Shown: piece after piece, positions 31,672 to 40,623 of the stretch
Numbering within the stretch: the stretch's first letter is position 1
Layout of the letters: every line of letters starts with the position of its first letter
Assembly (NCBI GenBank): GCA_965226885.1
Contig: CBDDEL010000015.1
Span: 1 to 64,000 of the forward strand
DNA from: Opitutales bacterium
GTDB lineage: Bacteria; Verrucomicrobiota; Verrucomicrobiia; Opitutales; UBA2987
Direction: 5' to 3'
Length of the DNA: 64,000 nucleotides
Position numbers and translations under genes: made by a program
Notes under the pieces: model-generated
Seen by the model: the letters and a program-made list of their open reading frames with translations, nothing else
Databases searched by the model: none
Told to the model about the DNA's origin: nothing

Positions 31672-32780
31672 GAAAGCGGTATCTGCTCGACGATTTCCAG
31701 ATCGTAACCGTCAAGGGCGACCACCCTGCGATTGGTGTTGGAAAGAAGGCGAATCTGTTTCAGACCCAACTCGACCAGGATTTGCGCCCCGATTCCATAA
31801 TCGCGTATATCCATGGCCGAGGGAGCAATTTTGGGCAGTAACTTCATTTCCGGATTGTCCGGCACATTAAGCCCCCCATGAGGTTTTTCCAGGTATAAAA
31901 GGACGCCTCGGTCTTCCGCCCGGATGCGCGCCAGGGCTCTGTCCAGATTTTGCCGGTTCATGGAATCATCGGCCTGAAAAATATCGCCTAAAAGGTATTC
32001 CGTTTGCACTCGCACCAAGGTGGGCTTTGCATCAATCGAGCCCCTCACCAGCGCCAGGTGGGTGCGCCGGTCCAGTTTATTGCGAAAGATATGCAATTGA
32101 AATTTTCCGTAAGCCGACTGGAATGGTTGGCTGGCTACCAGTTCGACCAATTTCTCCCTTTTGTGCCGGTATTCAATGAGGTCGGCAATGGAGATGAGTT
32201 TGAGGCCGAATTTCTTTTTGAACTCTATCAATTCGGGCAGGCGCGCGCAGGTGCCGTCCTCGTTCAGAATCTCGCAAAGAACGCCGCTGGGATGCAGACC
32301 GGCCAGGGTGGCCAGATCGACAGCCGCCTCCGTATGGCCGGCTCTTTCCAGCACTCCGCCCGGTTTGGCCCGCAGGGGAAAAACATGGCCCGGCTGCACC
32401 AATTGGTCGGGCCTGGTCGATGGATCGGAGAGCAGACGAATGGTGGCCGTGCGGTCATAGGCACTGATGCCGGTCGTAATGCCATCCGCGGCGTCCACCG
32501 ATACAGTGAAATCGGTCCGGTGGGCCTCCCGGTTCTGCTGCACCATGGGGTTCAAGCCGAGGCGTTTCAAGTGATGCTCGACCGTGGGCACGCAGATAAT
32601 GCCGCTGCAATATCGGATCATCATGTTGACCGTTTCAGGGGTTACCTTGGAGGCGGCCATGATGAGATCGCCCTCGTTCTCGCGGCTCTGGTCGTCAGTC
32701 ACGATAACCAGCTTTCCCGCGGTAATGTCAGAAACGGCAGCTTCGACCGTATCAAGAGAAGTTTCGGCAAGAGTTGTCAT
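31668..32780 (-). CDS. ribB: DHBP synthase fused to a degenerate GTP cyclohydrolase II domain (RibBX type)
   Basis: DDQSRENEGD, FTVSVDA, PGHVFPL, RAGHTEA; the C-terminal domain lacks the zinc-binding cysteines. Confidence 0.9.
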   Translation of the reverse strand: MTTLAETSLDTVEAAVSDITAGKLVIVTDDQSRENEGDLIMAASKVTPETVNMMIRYCSGIICVPTVEHHLKRLGLNPMVQQNREAHRTDFTVSVDAADGITTGISAYDRTATIRLLSDPSTRPDQLVQPGHVFPLRAKPGGVLERAGHTEAAVDLATLAGLHPSGVLCEILNEDGTCARLPELIEFKKKFGLKLISIADLIEYRHKREKLVELVASQPFQSAYGKFQLHIFRNKLDRRTHLALVRGSIDAKPTLVRVQTEYLLGDIFQADDSMNRQNLDRALARIRAEDRGVLLYLEKPHGGLNVPDNPEMKLLPKIAPSAMDIRDYGIGAQILVELGLKQIRLLSNTNRRVVALDGYDLEIVEQIPLS

Positions 32781-32948
32781 GTGAAATTAATGGAGTCCCT
32801 AAAATTATGTGGCTTTTAAAATTCGCAACCTACGTTTCTAGGGAAATACGTCTCTCTTAACAATAGTAAAAGTAAAACCCGATGTTTCATAAAAAATTGG
32901 GGTATCGTATAACCTCATTTCCAGTGGCCGTTTTCCAACTTTCCAACC

Positions 32949-34433
32949 CTAGGTAAGACGAAATTTCTTCACTGATGCGATGCTACCTTTTTGAAGTCTG
33001 AGACAATGCGTCATGACGGATGGAAAGTCCTCCTGGTGATGGGTGGCCATGATTAATTGCCGGCCCGAGCGCCCCAAATGCTCCAGCAAATCGATGATTT
33101 CCTCGCGGGTTTGACTGTCGAGCCCTTCCAGGGGTTCGTCGAGGAGCAAGAGAGACGGCTCGGTGACCAATGCCCGGGCGAACAGAACTTTGCGGGCCTG
33201 ACCATAAGATAGCTCTTCGAGCCTGGCATCGGAGAACTTTTCCAGGCCCAATCGCTTTAATTCCGCTCTCACCCGCCGCCATTTGGAGGGAGACATCTTT
33301 CGGGCCAATCCCACCCCGCCAATAAACCCGCTGGCCACGGCCTGTTTGACCTTCACATCCATCTGCATGCGAACTTGCAGATCGACCGAGAGGCAAGATA
33401 TACGTTGACGGGCTTCCCGCACGGACAGCGAAATTCCACCGCACCGGCGTTCGACTTCGCCACCCAAGGCACAGGTGACATCACCGTAGAGCAAGCGCAG
33501 CAAGGTGCTTTTACCGGCTCCGTTGGGACCGGCCACGGCCCAATTTTCACCGGGTTTGATCTGCCAATCTATCCCCTTGAGGATTTTTTGCAAAACTCCG
33601 GCCTTCCCATCCAAATAAATGTCGGCTTTTTTAACCCTGATTTCCATTGATGGAATGTTTTTTGCGGGGGGCCGCCGGTTTGATTTGTTGACAACGAGCT
33701 TGCTGAAGAACTTTGGGGGCTGTTTGCCGATGGCTCCGTGCCGCACAATTCGGCCATCGATAAGGTGGGCAAAATGCGTTAATGCGGAGGGGATTTCTTC
33801 CTTCCTGTGGGCCGTCAGGACAACTTGCGTTTGACCCTGTTTCATTACACGGTCGATGAGCGCCAACAGGCTGGTTCGCGAGGAGGCGTCGAGACCGTGG
33901 CAAAATTCATCCAGCAGAAGCAGCCTGGGGTTACCGGCCAGAGCCCGGGCGAGGAGAATTTTCCGCAATTCGCCGTGGGACATGTGGTGGTAATTCATGC
34001 CCGCCAATTTTTTCAGGCCAAGCCTTGCTATGAGCGCGCGAGCCTCCCTCATTTGGGATTCAGACGGCCGCTCATAAAGAAGCTCGGTTCCGGCAAAACC
34101 CGTTAGTATAATTTCCTCTCCAGACAATTCCCAATCTTGCCGCAGGTAATGCTGCTGCCCCTCCGCCGAGAGGTAGGCAATTCGACCTTCAAGTCCGACC
34201 GGGCTCTCACAGGCGTCGTCTTCAAAATAATAAAGTCGTTTTCCATGGCTTTGCGGGGACGGCCAGAGCTGGCCCGCGATGACCTGTAAGAGCGTCGTTT
34301 TACCGCCGCCATTGGGTCCGAAAATCAGCCAGTTTTCCCCACGCCGAAGCCGCCATGACAGGTTCCGCAAGATGGTTGCACCATTGAGGGCAACATCAAT
34401 ATCATTGAGTTCGAGCAGGACTTTGGGCAGCAT
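32949..34433 (-). CDS. ModF-like ABC ATPase with two nucleotide-binding domains
   Basis: GPNGGGKT and GPNGAGKS Walker A motifs; two LLLLDE Walker B motifs. Confidence 0.85.
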   Translation of the reverse strand: MLPKVLLELNDIDVALNGATILRNLSWRLRRGENWLIFGPNGGGKTTLLQVIAGQLWPSPQSHGKRLYYFEDDACESPVGLEGRIAYLSAEGQQHYLRQDWELSGEEIILTGFAGTELLYERPSESQMREARALIARLGLKKLAGMNYHHMSHGELRKILLARALAGNPRLLLLDEFCHGLDASSRTSLLALIDRVMKQGQTQVVLTAHRKEEIPSALTHFAHLIDGRIVRHGAIGKQPPKFFSKLVVNKSNRRPPAKNIPSMEIRVKKADIYLDGKAGVLQKILKGIDWQIKPGENWAVAGPNGAGKSTLLRLLYGDVTCALGGEVERRCGGISLSVREARQRISCLSVDLQVRMQMDVKVKQAVASGFIGGVGLARKMSPSKWRRVRAELKRLGLEKFSDARLEELSYGQARKVLFARALVTEPSLLLLDEPLEGLDSQTREEIIDLLEHLGRSGRQLIMATHHQEDFPSVMTHCLRLQKGSIASVKKFRLT

Positions 34434-34491
34434 GAAGCGCAATCAAATTGCTTTTTGCCAAGGCGGGGCAAATTGTTTTTTTATCAATAGC

Positions 34492-35085
34492 ATGGTAGCA
34501 CGAGAATCATCAACGGAGTTATGGGACAAACGCTACCGGGATGGCGATACCCCGTGGGAAAAGGGGTTCGGGGCTCCGCCCCTGGCTGAATATTTGGAGC
34601 GCTCCATCCTCCAAGGGCGCGTTCTGGTGCCCGGTTGTGGTTTCGGTCACGATGTCCGCCTGCTGGCGCGGCAAGGCGCGCGGCCATTGGGGCTGGATGT
34701 TTCTCCAAACGCCCTGGCCAGCGCCCGAAACTTCCAACTGGCTGGTGAAGAAGAATATTTGCTGGGTGATCTATTCGATCTGGATGAAAGTATCAAAGCG
34801 TCATTCACGGGAGTCTTCGAGCACACATGCCTGTGCGCCATAGACCCTGCTCGTCGGTTGGAATATACCAGGGCCGTCGTCGATGCCCTCGAAGTCGGAG
34901 GCGTGTTGCTGGCCATCTTTTTTATCGAAATCGAAGACCCGGATGGTCCGCCGTACCCAATCTCGTGTGCGGAAATCGACCAGCTTTTTCATCCTTTTTT
35001 CGAGACCGAGGAACAATGGCTACCGGGTAGATCCTTTCCTGGACGGGAGGGCCGGGAGCAAATGCGCCTGATGCGGAAAAGATGA
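34492..35085 (+). CDS. Thiopurine/thiol S-methyltransferase-like SAM methyltransferase
   Basis: WDKRY..GDTPW, VLVPGCGFGHD, EHTCLCAI, GPPY. Confidence 0.85.
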   Translation: MVARESSTELWDKRYRDGDTPWEKGFGAPPLAEYLERSILQGRVLVPGCGFGHDVRLLARQGARPLGLDVSPNALASARNFQLAGEEEYLLGDLFDLDESIKASFTGVFEHTCLCAIDPARRLEYTRAVVDALEVGGVLLAIFFIEIEDPDGPPYPISCAEIDQLFHPFFETEEQWLPGRSFPGREGREQMRLMRKR

Positions 35086-36041
35086 GCAAAATCCCACTGG
35101 CGGCCATCGGACGAAACGAAAAAGAGCATAGCAGGCTGGGCCTGGGTTGCTGGTCTTTCGGCGGAACCGACTGGGGAAAACAAAGCGATCGCGATTCCCT
35201 GTCCGCCCTGGCGGCGGCCTGGGATGCTGGCATTACCCACTGGGATACCGCCCTGGATTATGGCCAGGGACATTCGGAACGGCTTTGCGGCCAATTTCTG
35301 AAAGGAAGACATGACGGCGTATTCCTCGCCACCAAAGGCAATGTGGGGGAAAAAGCCGCCTCCATCGTTGTCTCGCTCCAACACAGCCTGAATAACCTGG
35401 GCACGGATTTTATCGATCTCTACTACATCCACTATCCAAGAAAAGGCCTCGACCTGCGCCCCCACATGGAATTTCTGGAAAAGGAGCGGGAAAAAGGATG
35501 CATTGGCGCGATCGGGGTGAGCAATTTCTCCATCCAACAGATGAAACAAATTGGCCAGGCGGGAACCATCGACGCCCACCAGCTCGGCTACAACCTGTTC
35601 TGGCGCGTCCCGGAAAAGGAAATCATTCCTTATTGCCGGAAAAAGGGCATTGGCTTGGTCGCCTACAGTTCCCTCGCCCTGGGCATATTGACGGGAAAAT
35701 TTTCTTCCGCTCCGGTCTTTGCAAAAGGCGATATTCGACCCAGGAGCCTATTTTTCCGAAAGGATGTGTGGCCTCATGTCCATGCAGCAGCCATAAAATT
35801 AAAGACTTTGGCGGAAGAATCTGGAAATCCGGCGCATCATCTGGCAATTCAGTGGTTGGCTCGCCAGGCGGGATTGGAAGTGATTTTGATGGGAGCGCGC
35901 AATGCATCTCAAGTCCGTCAAAACGCTGTCGCCCTTGAAAACGAAGCGCCGGAGGATATTTTCAGGATAATGGATGCCTTGAGCGATGAGCTGCACCTCC
36001 ATTACCCACCGGAAACCAATATTTTTCAATGGCATCCCTGA
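35082..36041 (+). CDS. Aldo/keto reductase
   Basis: LGLGCW, DTALDYG, ATK, IDLYYIH, GVSNF. Confidence 0.92.
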   Translation: MSKIPLAAIGRNEKEHSRLGLGCWSFGGTDWGKQSDRDSLSALAAAWDAGITHWDTALDYGQGHSERLCGQFLKGRHDGVFLATKGNVGEKAASIVVSLQHSLNNLGTDFIDLYYIHYPRKGLDLRPHMEFLEKEREKGCIGAIGVSNFSIQQMKQIGQAGTIDAHQLGYNLFWRVPEKEIIPYCRKKGIGLVAYSSLALGILTGKFSSAPVFAKGDIRPRSLFFRKDVWPHVHAAAIKLKTLAEESGNPAHHLAIQWLARQAGLEVILMGARNASQVRQNAVALENEAPEDIFRIMDALSDELHLHYPPETNIFQWHP

Positions 36042-36193
36042 ATAAAGTTTTCCCAAAAAAACGGGGTTTGCGGAATTAAGGTCCGGCATACCACTCTCAA
36101 TTAAGGAATAATTCCTTTTGTTCGCTTCTTAGAACCTGGTTGCTTTTCCCCTGCCTTCTCCTGTAAATTAAGTTCTCTTACCTGCCCTGCCCA

Positions 36194-37558
36194 ATGAAAC
36201 ACATGCTTATTGCCTTGGTCATCATGCTGGCTTTTCCGGCTGCCATTGTGGGTCAATCCCCACTGCCCGAAGAAACGATCAAGACTCACATGAGAGAACT
36301 TTCCCAGAGGGGGCTCAACCGGGCCATGGTGGTGGGGATCATCAATCCCGAGGGCAAACGTTACTTTTTTGAGGGCACTTTCCGGGAAGGAGACACCCGC
36401 CAGGTAAACGCCCGCACGATCTTCGAGATCAGCTCATTAACGCAATTTTTCACTGGATTGCTGGCTGCCCAGATGTCCGAAAACGGCGATCTCGACCTTG
36501 ATGCGCCTGCCTCCACCTACCTCCCGGAAGAGATGAAACTGCCGGTTTTTGAAGGGGTCGAAATTACCTTGGGCGATCTTATCGAACACACATCGGGATT
36601 GCCCAAACTGCCCACTAACCTGAAACCGCAGGTCAAAAAAAATCCCTTTGCCGATTATTCAAGAGAATCATTGGGGGAGTTCCTTAGCAAATATGAGTTG
36701 CCGCAAAAGCCCGGAATAAAATTCGTAATTTCGCGGGTCGGTTACGGGCTAGTCGGCCTGGCCATTGAGCAACAGACAGGAGAAAGCTTCGAGGCGTTGG
36801 TCAAATTCCGCATTTGCGAACCGCTGGAAATGAAAAATACCTCCGTTTCCCTGAACGAAGTGCAGCGCTACAACCTGGCCCGCGGGCACCGGGGGGAAAC
36901 CCAGTTTCCTCTTTGGGATATGCCGGCCTTTGCCGGTTCCGGCGCCCTCAGATCCGATGCCAAGGATATGCTTCAGTTTCTCGGCGCCAATCTTGGCCTC
37001 ATCGAGAGCCCCCTTCTCCCAACCATGGAAAAGACCCACCAGATTCTATTGAAGTCGGAAAAAAACAATATGGCCGTAGCCACTGGCTGGGTTGTATTCC
37101 ACTACAATGATGGGCAAATTTATTACCGTAGCGGCTTGACCGGGGGCCATGCCAGCTTTGCCGGGTTTCGCAAGGATACCGGGACCGGCGGCGTCGTTTT
37201 GAGCAATTCCGCCCAATCGGTCGAAAATCTGGGAATGTATCTACTCGACCACGAATTTTTCAAGCTCCGGGAATTCGTCCCCGTCATCAAGATCTCCGAT
37301 GCCGCCATGCGTCAATATGCCGGGGTCTTCCAGCTTCCCAGCGGCCTTCGCATTCTCATTCATCGCAAAGAAGGGCGCCTCATGGCCCAATTCGAGCAAA
37401 GGGCCCGTCAACGCATCCAGCCAATAAAAGAGGACACCTTCTACCACCCAACAATGAAAATCGAACTCACCTTCCAAAGAAACACCAAAGGATTCATCGA
37501 CAAAGTCAGCTTCCCCCAGGGAGAAGAAACACTAACCGCCACCAGAATCCGCATCTGA
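36194..37558 (+). CDS. Secreted class C beta-lactamase-like serine hydrolase homologue with degenerate catalytic motifs
   Basis: Signal peptide; FEISS, HTSGLP, PLEMKNT, AGSGALRS; extra C-terminal domain resembling DUF3471. Confidence 0.8.
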   Translation: MKHMLIALVIMLAFPAAIVGQSPLPEETIKTHMRELSQRGLNRAMVVGIINPEGKRYFFEGTFREGDTRQVNARTIFEISSLTQFFTGLLAAQMSENGDLDLDAPASTYLPEEMKLPVFEGVEITLGDLIEHTSGLPKLPTNLKPQVKKNPFADYSRESLGEFLSKYELPQKPGIKFVISRVGYGLVGLAIEQQTGESFEALVKFRICEPLEMKNTSVSLNEVQRYNLARGHRGETQFPLWDMPAFAGSGALRSDAKDMLQFLGANLGLIESPLLPTMEKTHQILLKSEKNNMAVATGWVVFHYNDGQIYYRSGLTGGHASFAGFRKDTGTGGVVLSNSAQSVENLGMYLLDHEFFKLREFVPVIKISDAAMRQYAGVFQLPSGLRILIHRKEGRLMAQFEQRARQRIQPIKEDTFYHPTMKIELTFQRNTKGFIDKVSFPQGEETLTATRIRI

Positions 37559-37661
37559 CCCGGTCTTATTAAAAACTCACGGCTCAACAGAGTGCACTCC
37601 TTCCAGGGTTCCCGGTTTTGTGGGGCGCTTATTTTCCTTAAAGACCCGAACCGGCAACTAA

Positions 37662-38792
37662 TACCAAATCGCAAAAGGATTGATAAAGATTAAAAAACAG
37701 CTATAAAGGCGGAATGAGAAGATATATGGGAACCGATGAAGACCGTGAACGTATCAAGAAATTGCTCAACAAAGAGACTGTCGGCTGGCGTAAAGAGCGT
37801 TTGGTGGCATTAAAAATGGGCTTCCAGCCGCACCACAGCATTGATGAAATTGGAGCCATCGTGGGCCGAGGCAAAGCGACGATCCAGCGTTGGTTTGACA
37901 AATATCGTGCTGCAGGGCTCGGGGCGGTGCTTACACGCGCCTACAAAGGCGGGATCAAAAGCCGTTGCGACAAAGAGGTGGAGGCCTTCTTGCTCAATGG
38001 TTTGAAGGTCGCGCGCTGGAACACAGCCGTTCAGGCGGGGCAAGAGCTGGAGCGACATTTCGGGCGCTCCTTCGCCTACAAGACGGTGTGGCGATGGCTA
38101 AAAAAATGCGCCGGGGTGCTTCGAGTCCCTCGCCCCGTGCATGAGAAACGGGACTCGGCAAAAGCGGAAGCGTTCAAGCGAGACTTTTTTAAGATCCTCC
38201 AGGAGCTTTCCCTCACCCGAGGCAATCGGGTTCGGGTGTGGTTTGCCGATGAAAGCCGTTTTGGTTTGCTTCCGGTGTACCGCCGGTGCTGGACGCAAAG
38301 AGGGCTTCGGCCGCACAAAAAATATCAGACAAGATACCAGTGGAGCTACTGTTACGGAGCCCTCGACGTGGTCAACGGCGAGATGGTATGCATCCAAACC
38401 CCTAGCACGAATCTACAGTGGACGGAGGCTTTCCTCCAACAGATCAAAAAGCAATATCCTGAGGAGGAACATGTGGTTGTATGGGACGGGGCAGGCTTCC
38501 ATCCGCACGACTCGGAGCACCCCAACGTCCCCCCGGGCATACATATCGTGAATTTGCCGCCGTATAGTCCTGAACTCAACCCGATTGAAAGACTTTGGGA
38601 TATGATACAGGATCAAACGGCCAACAAACTGTGGCCGAGCATTGAGCGACTCGAAGAAGTCGTCGCAACCCATCTCAAAGACTGGTGGGAGGACACTGAA
38701 AAAGTCCTCTCTTTAGTTGGCGGAGGCTGGCAGCACATTCAAGCAAACGCTTCTGCCAAATAACTTATTATCATACCTAATGAGATTTGGTA
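37662..38792 (+). mobile_element. IS630-family element (1131 bp); transposase 37714..38763
   Basis: IRs TACCAAATCGCA/TGAGATTTGGTA flanked by TAA on both sides; FADESRF, WDGAGFH and PPYSPELNPIE motifs. Confidence 0.92.
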
Positions 38793-38805
38793 TAAGACCG
38801 CTACA

Positions 38806-39729
38806 TCAGCCGGCCGGTTTCAGTTTGGCTATTTTTTCCGCAATTTTCTCCGTGGTGGGATATCCTCTCGATCCATATAGCCTGCAAGCCGGATAATCGG
38901 TAGGTTTGACCCCAAATAAATCAGCCCCGTTGACCAATATGGTTGGGCTTCCATATTTCGAGACGTATGGCGGCGCATCAGGATCGTTAGAATTCCATTT
39001 CTTAAAATTTTTCGAAATACCTTGCTCCTCCAACGCCATGGCCAAATTTTCGCCAGCTAATCCGCCATTTGGGCATCCATCGAAATAAATTAATTCTACC
39101 TCGCTCACTCGTTCATCCTTAATTCGGATCAGGTTTAACATATCTTCGTTAATTTTAAAAAGATTAAAACTTCGATCGGGAGGGGCTCCGGTGGTTGCGG
39201 GCAGTTGATGGTACCAAAAAGAAGGTTTTGGAAAGGACCCGTCATCCCAAGTCGAATTTCTTTCATAAAACAAATAAACATCCCACGCCTTTCCGCTGAG
39301 GTTCAATGATTCTGCAGCCAGGCTGGCAATTTCCCCTTCGGCATCCCAGTATTCTTTTAGACCTTTATTCAAAAAAACGGGCCGTTGATGATTCGGTGAG
39401 TCATTTTCCAGTATTGGAGTCCAAATCAATACAATATCCATGGATTCGGGATTAATTTTGTCCACCAGTTGGTCTATTCCACGGATACAAATGGGGCATG
39501 AGGGCGAGAGGATGGATACCAATAATGGTTTCTCGGAGCGGTTGAACTCCTGCTTAAGTGTAGCCAACCCACCCATCTGTAACTCACGCTTTTCGAAACG
39601 AATATCGTTGTTTTTTAAGTGGTTAAGGGAGCATTCCTGGTTGCCACAGCAGTCCGTAGGGGCGGAAGAATCTGCAAAGGCATAAAGGGCCAGGAATAGT
39701 AGAGATGTCCGGATGGTTGTCTGAAGCAT
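38806..39729 (-). CDS. Predicted secreted protein with two thioredoxin-like domains
   Basis: Hydrophobic N-terminus; SPSCPIC (CxxC); second domain YFDGCPN...GSPTILVNG...ACRLY. Confidence 0.65.
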   Translation of the reverse strand: MLQTTIRTSLLFLALYAFADSSAPTDCCGNQECSLNHLKNNDIRFEKRELQMGGLATLKQEFNRSEKPLLVSILSPSCPICIRGIDQLVDKINPESMDIVLIWTPILENDSPNHQRPVFLNKGLKEYWDAEGEIASLAAESLNLSGKAWDVYLFYERNSTWDDGSFPKPSFWYHQLPATTGAPPDRSFNLFKINEDMLNLIRIKDERVSEVELIYFDGCPNGGLAGENLAMALEEQGISKNFKKWNSNDPDAPPYVSKYGSPTILVNGADLFGVKPTDYPACRLYGSRGYPTTEKIAEKIAKLKPAG

Positions 39730-39758
39730 GTGGATAAGACTGAAGCATGTGGATAAGA
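39721..39758 (+). repeat. 19-bp perfect tandem duplication (CTGAAGCATGTGGATAAGA x2)
   Basis: Read directly; each unit contains a minus-strand ATG. Confidence 0.95.
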
Positions 39759-39786
39759 GAAAATTCCGGTATTAAATATTCCCCTC

Positions 39787-40605
39787 TCATAAACGAGTCA
39801 AAGTTTTTAAAGACCGGTCTTTCTCTGGGTTGTAGGTTAAAATCCGGTCGATTTTTTGCAGTTCCGCTCGGAAGCTGCCCCATTTTACTTTGCTGATAAT
39901 TTTCAGGGGTAGTTTGCGGTGGTCGTTGGAAACCCAGAATTGAAGGTAGGTTTTCCTGGGTTTTTCGAAGGCGACGCTGACTTCTCGCAGATCGGGCTGC
40001 ACCAGGAACGCCTCCATGGTTCCGAATTTTGTATGGAGCTTCTTCATCTTGAATACCTGCACCGGCACCCGGCGGTATTTTTTGCCATCGGTCATAAGAA
40101 CCCGCTTGGCCAGGCCGACCCGCAATGGCCATAGACGGGCCGCGAAAATCGAGGTAAGCGGGTCGTAGGCATCGCCCGGCAGAGTTATCGGCTCCCGCGC
40201 CTTTCCCCGCAGGGAGTATAGCGCTGCTTTCTTTGCCCAGTCGAAAACCACTTCCACCACCCGGCTTTTGTTTTTGTGCTTTTCCTTTTTGGAGATGTGC
40301 AATGTGCGCGTAAAATCAATGTTCACATAGCTTATGTGAATGTCCCGGATCGGATAGAGGGCGTCGGCAAACCCATTGGTCCTGAGATTGAATGTCAGCC
40401 GGTAGGCCGGTTCGCCCTGAAAAGTGAGCGGCCCCTCAACGCTGAGCACTCCCGTTCCTACATGAAAGAATCCCCAATTGAGTTTGTATGTTAACGTTTC
40501 GCCCGGAGGAAAAGGCAGCGGATCAATGGCCAAATCCGCATGGGCGCAGACGAAACCAAGAAGTAGCCCGCTAGAAACAATTTTCGCTAATCGACACATT
40601 TGCAT
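39787..40605 (-). CDS. DUF3108-like exported protein
   Basis: Signal peptide; GETLTYKLNWGFFHVG, YDPLT, WVSND.RKLPLKI. Confidence 0.75.
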   Translation of the reverse strand: MQMCRLAKIVSSGLLLGFVCAHADLAIDPLPFPPGETLTYKLNWGFFHVGTGVLSVEGPLTFQGEPAYRLTFNLRTNGFADALYPIRDIHISYVNIDFTRTLHISKKEKHKNKSRVVEVVFDWAKKAALYSLRGKAREPITLPGDAYDPLTSIFAARLWPLRVGLAKRVLMTDGKKYRRVPVQVFKMKKLHTKFGTMEAFLVQPDLREVSVAFEKPRKTYLQFWVSNDHRKLPLKIISKVKWGSFRAELQKIDRILTYNPEKDRSLKTLTRL

Positions 40606-40623
40606 CTAGGCTAATTTCATTCA

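Noticed and set aside
32781..32948. FMN riboswitch upstream of ribB; SAH riboswitch upstream of ahcY (15270-15403)
   Set aside because: Both regions are AT-rich, and I could not see the conserved aptamer sequences; cmscan would settle it.
37562..37646. Possible MITE bounded by GGTCTT...AAGACC
   Set aside because: Only a 6-bp inverted repeat, no target duplication and no second copy in the window.
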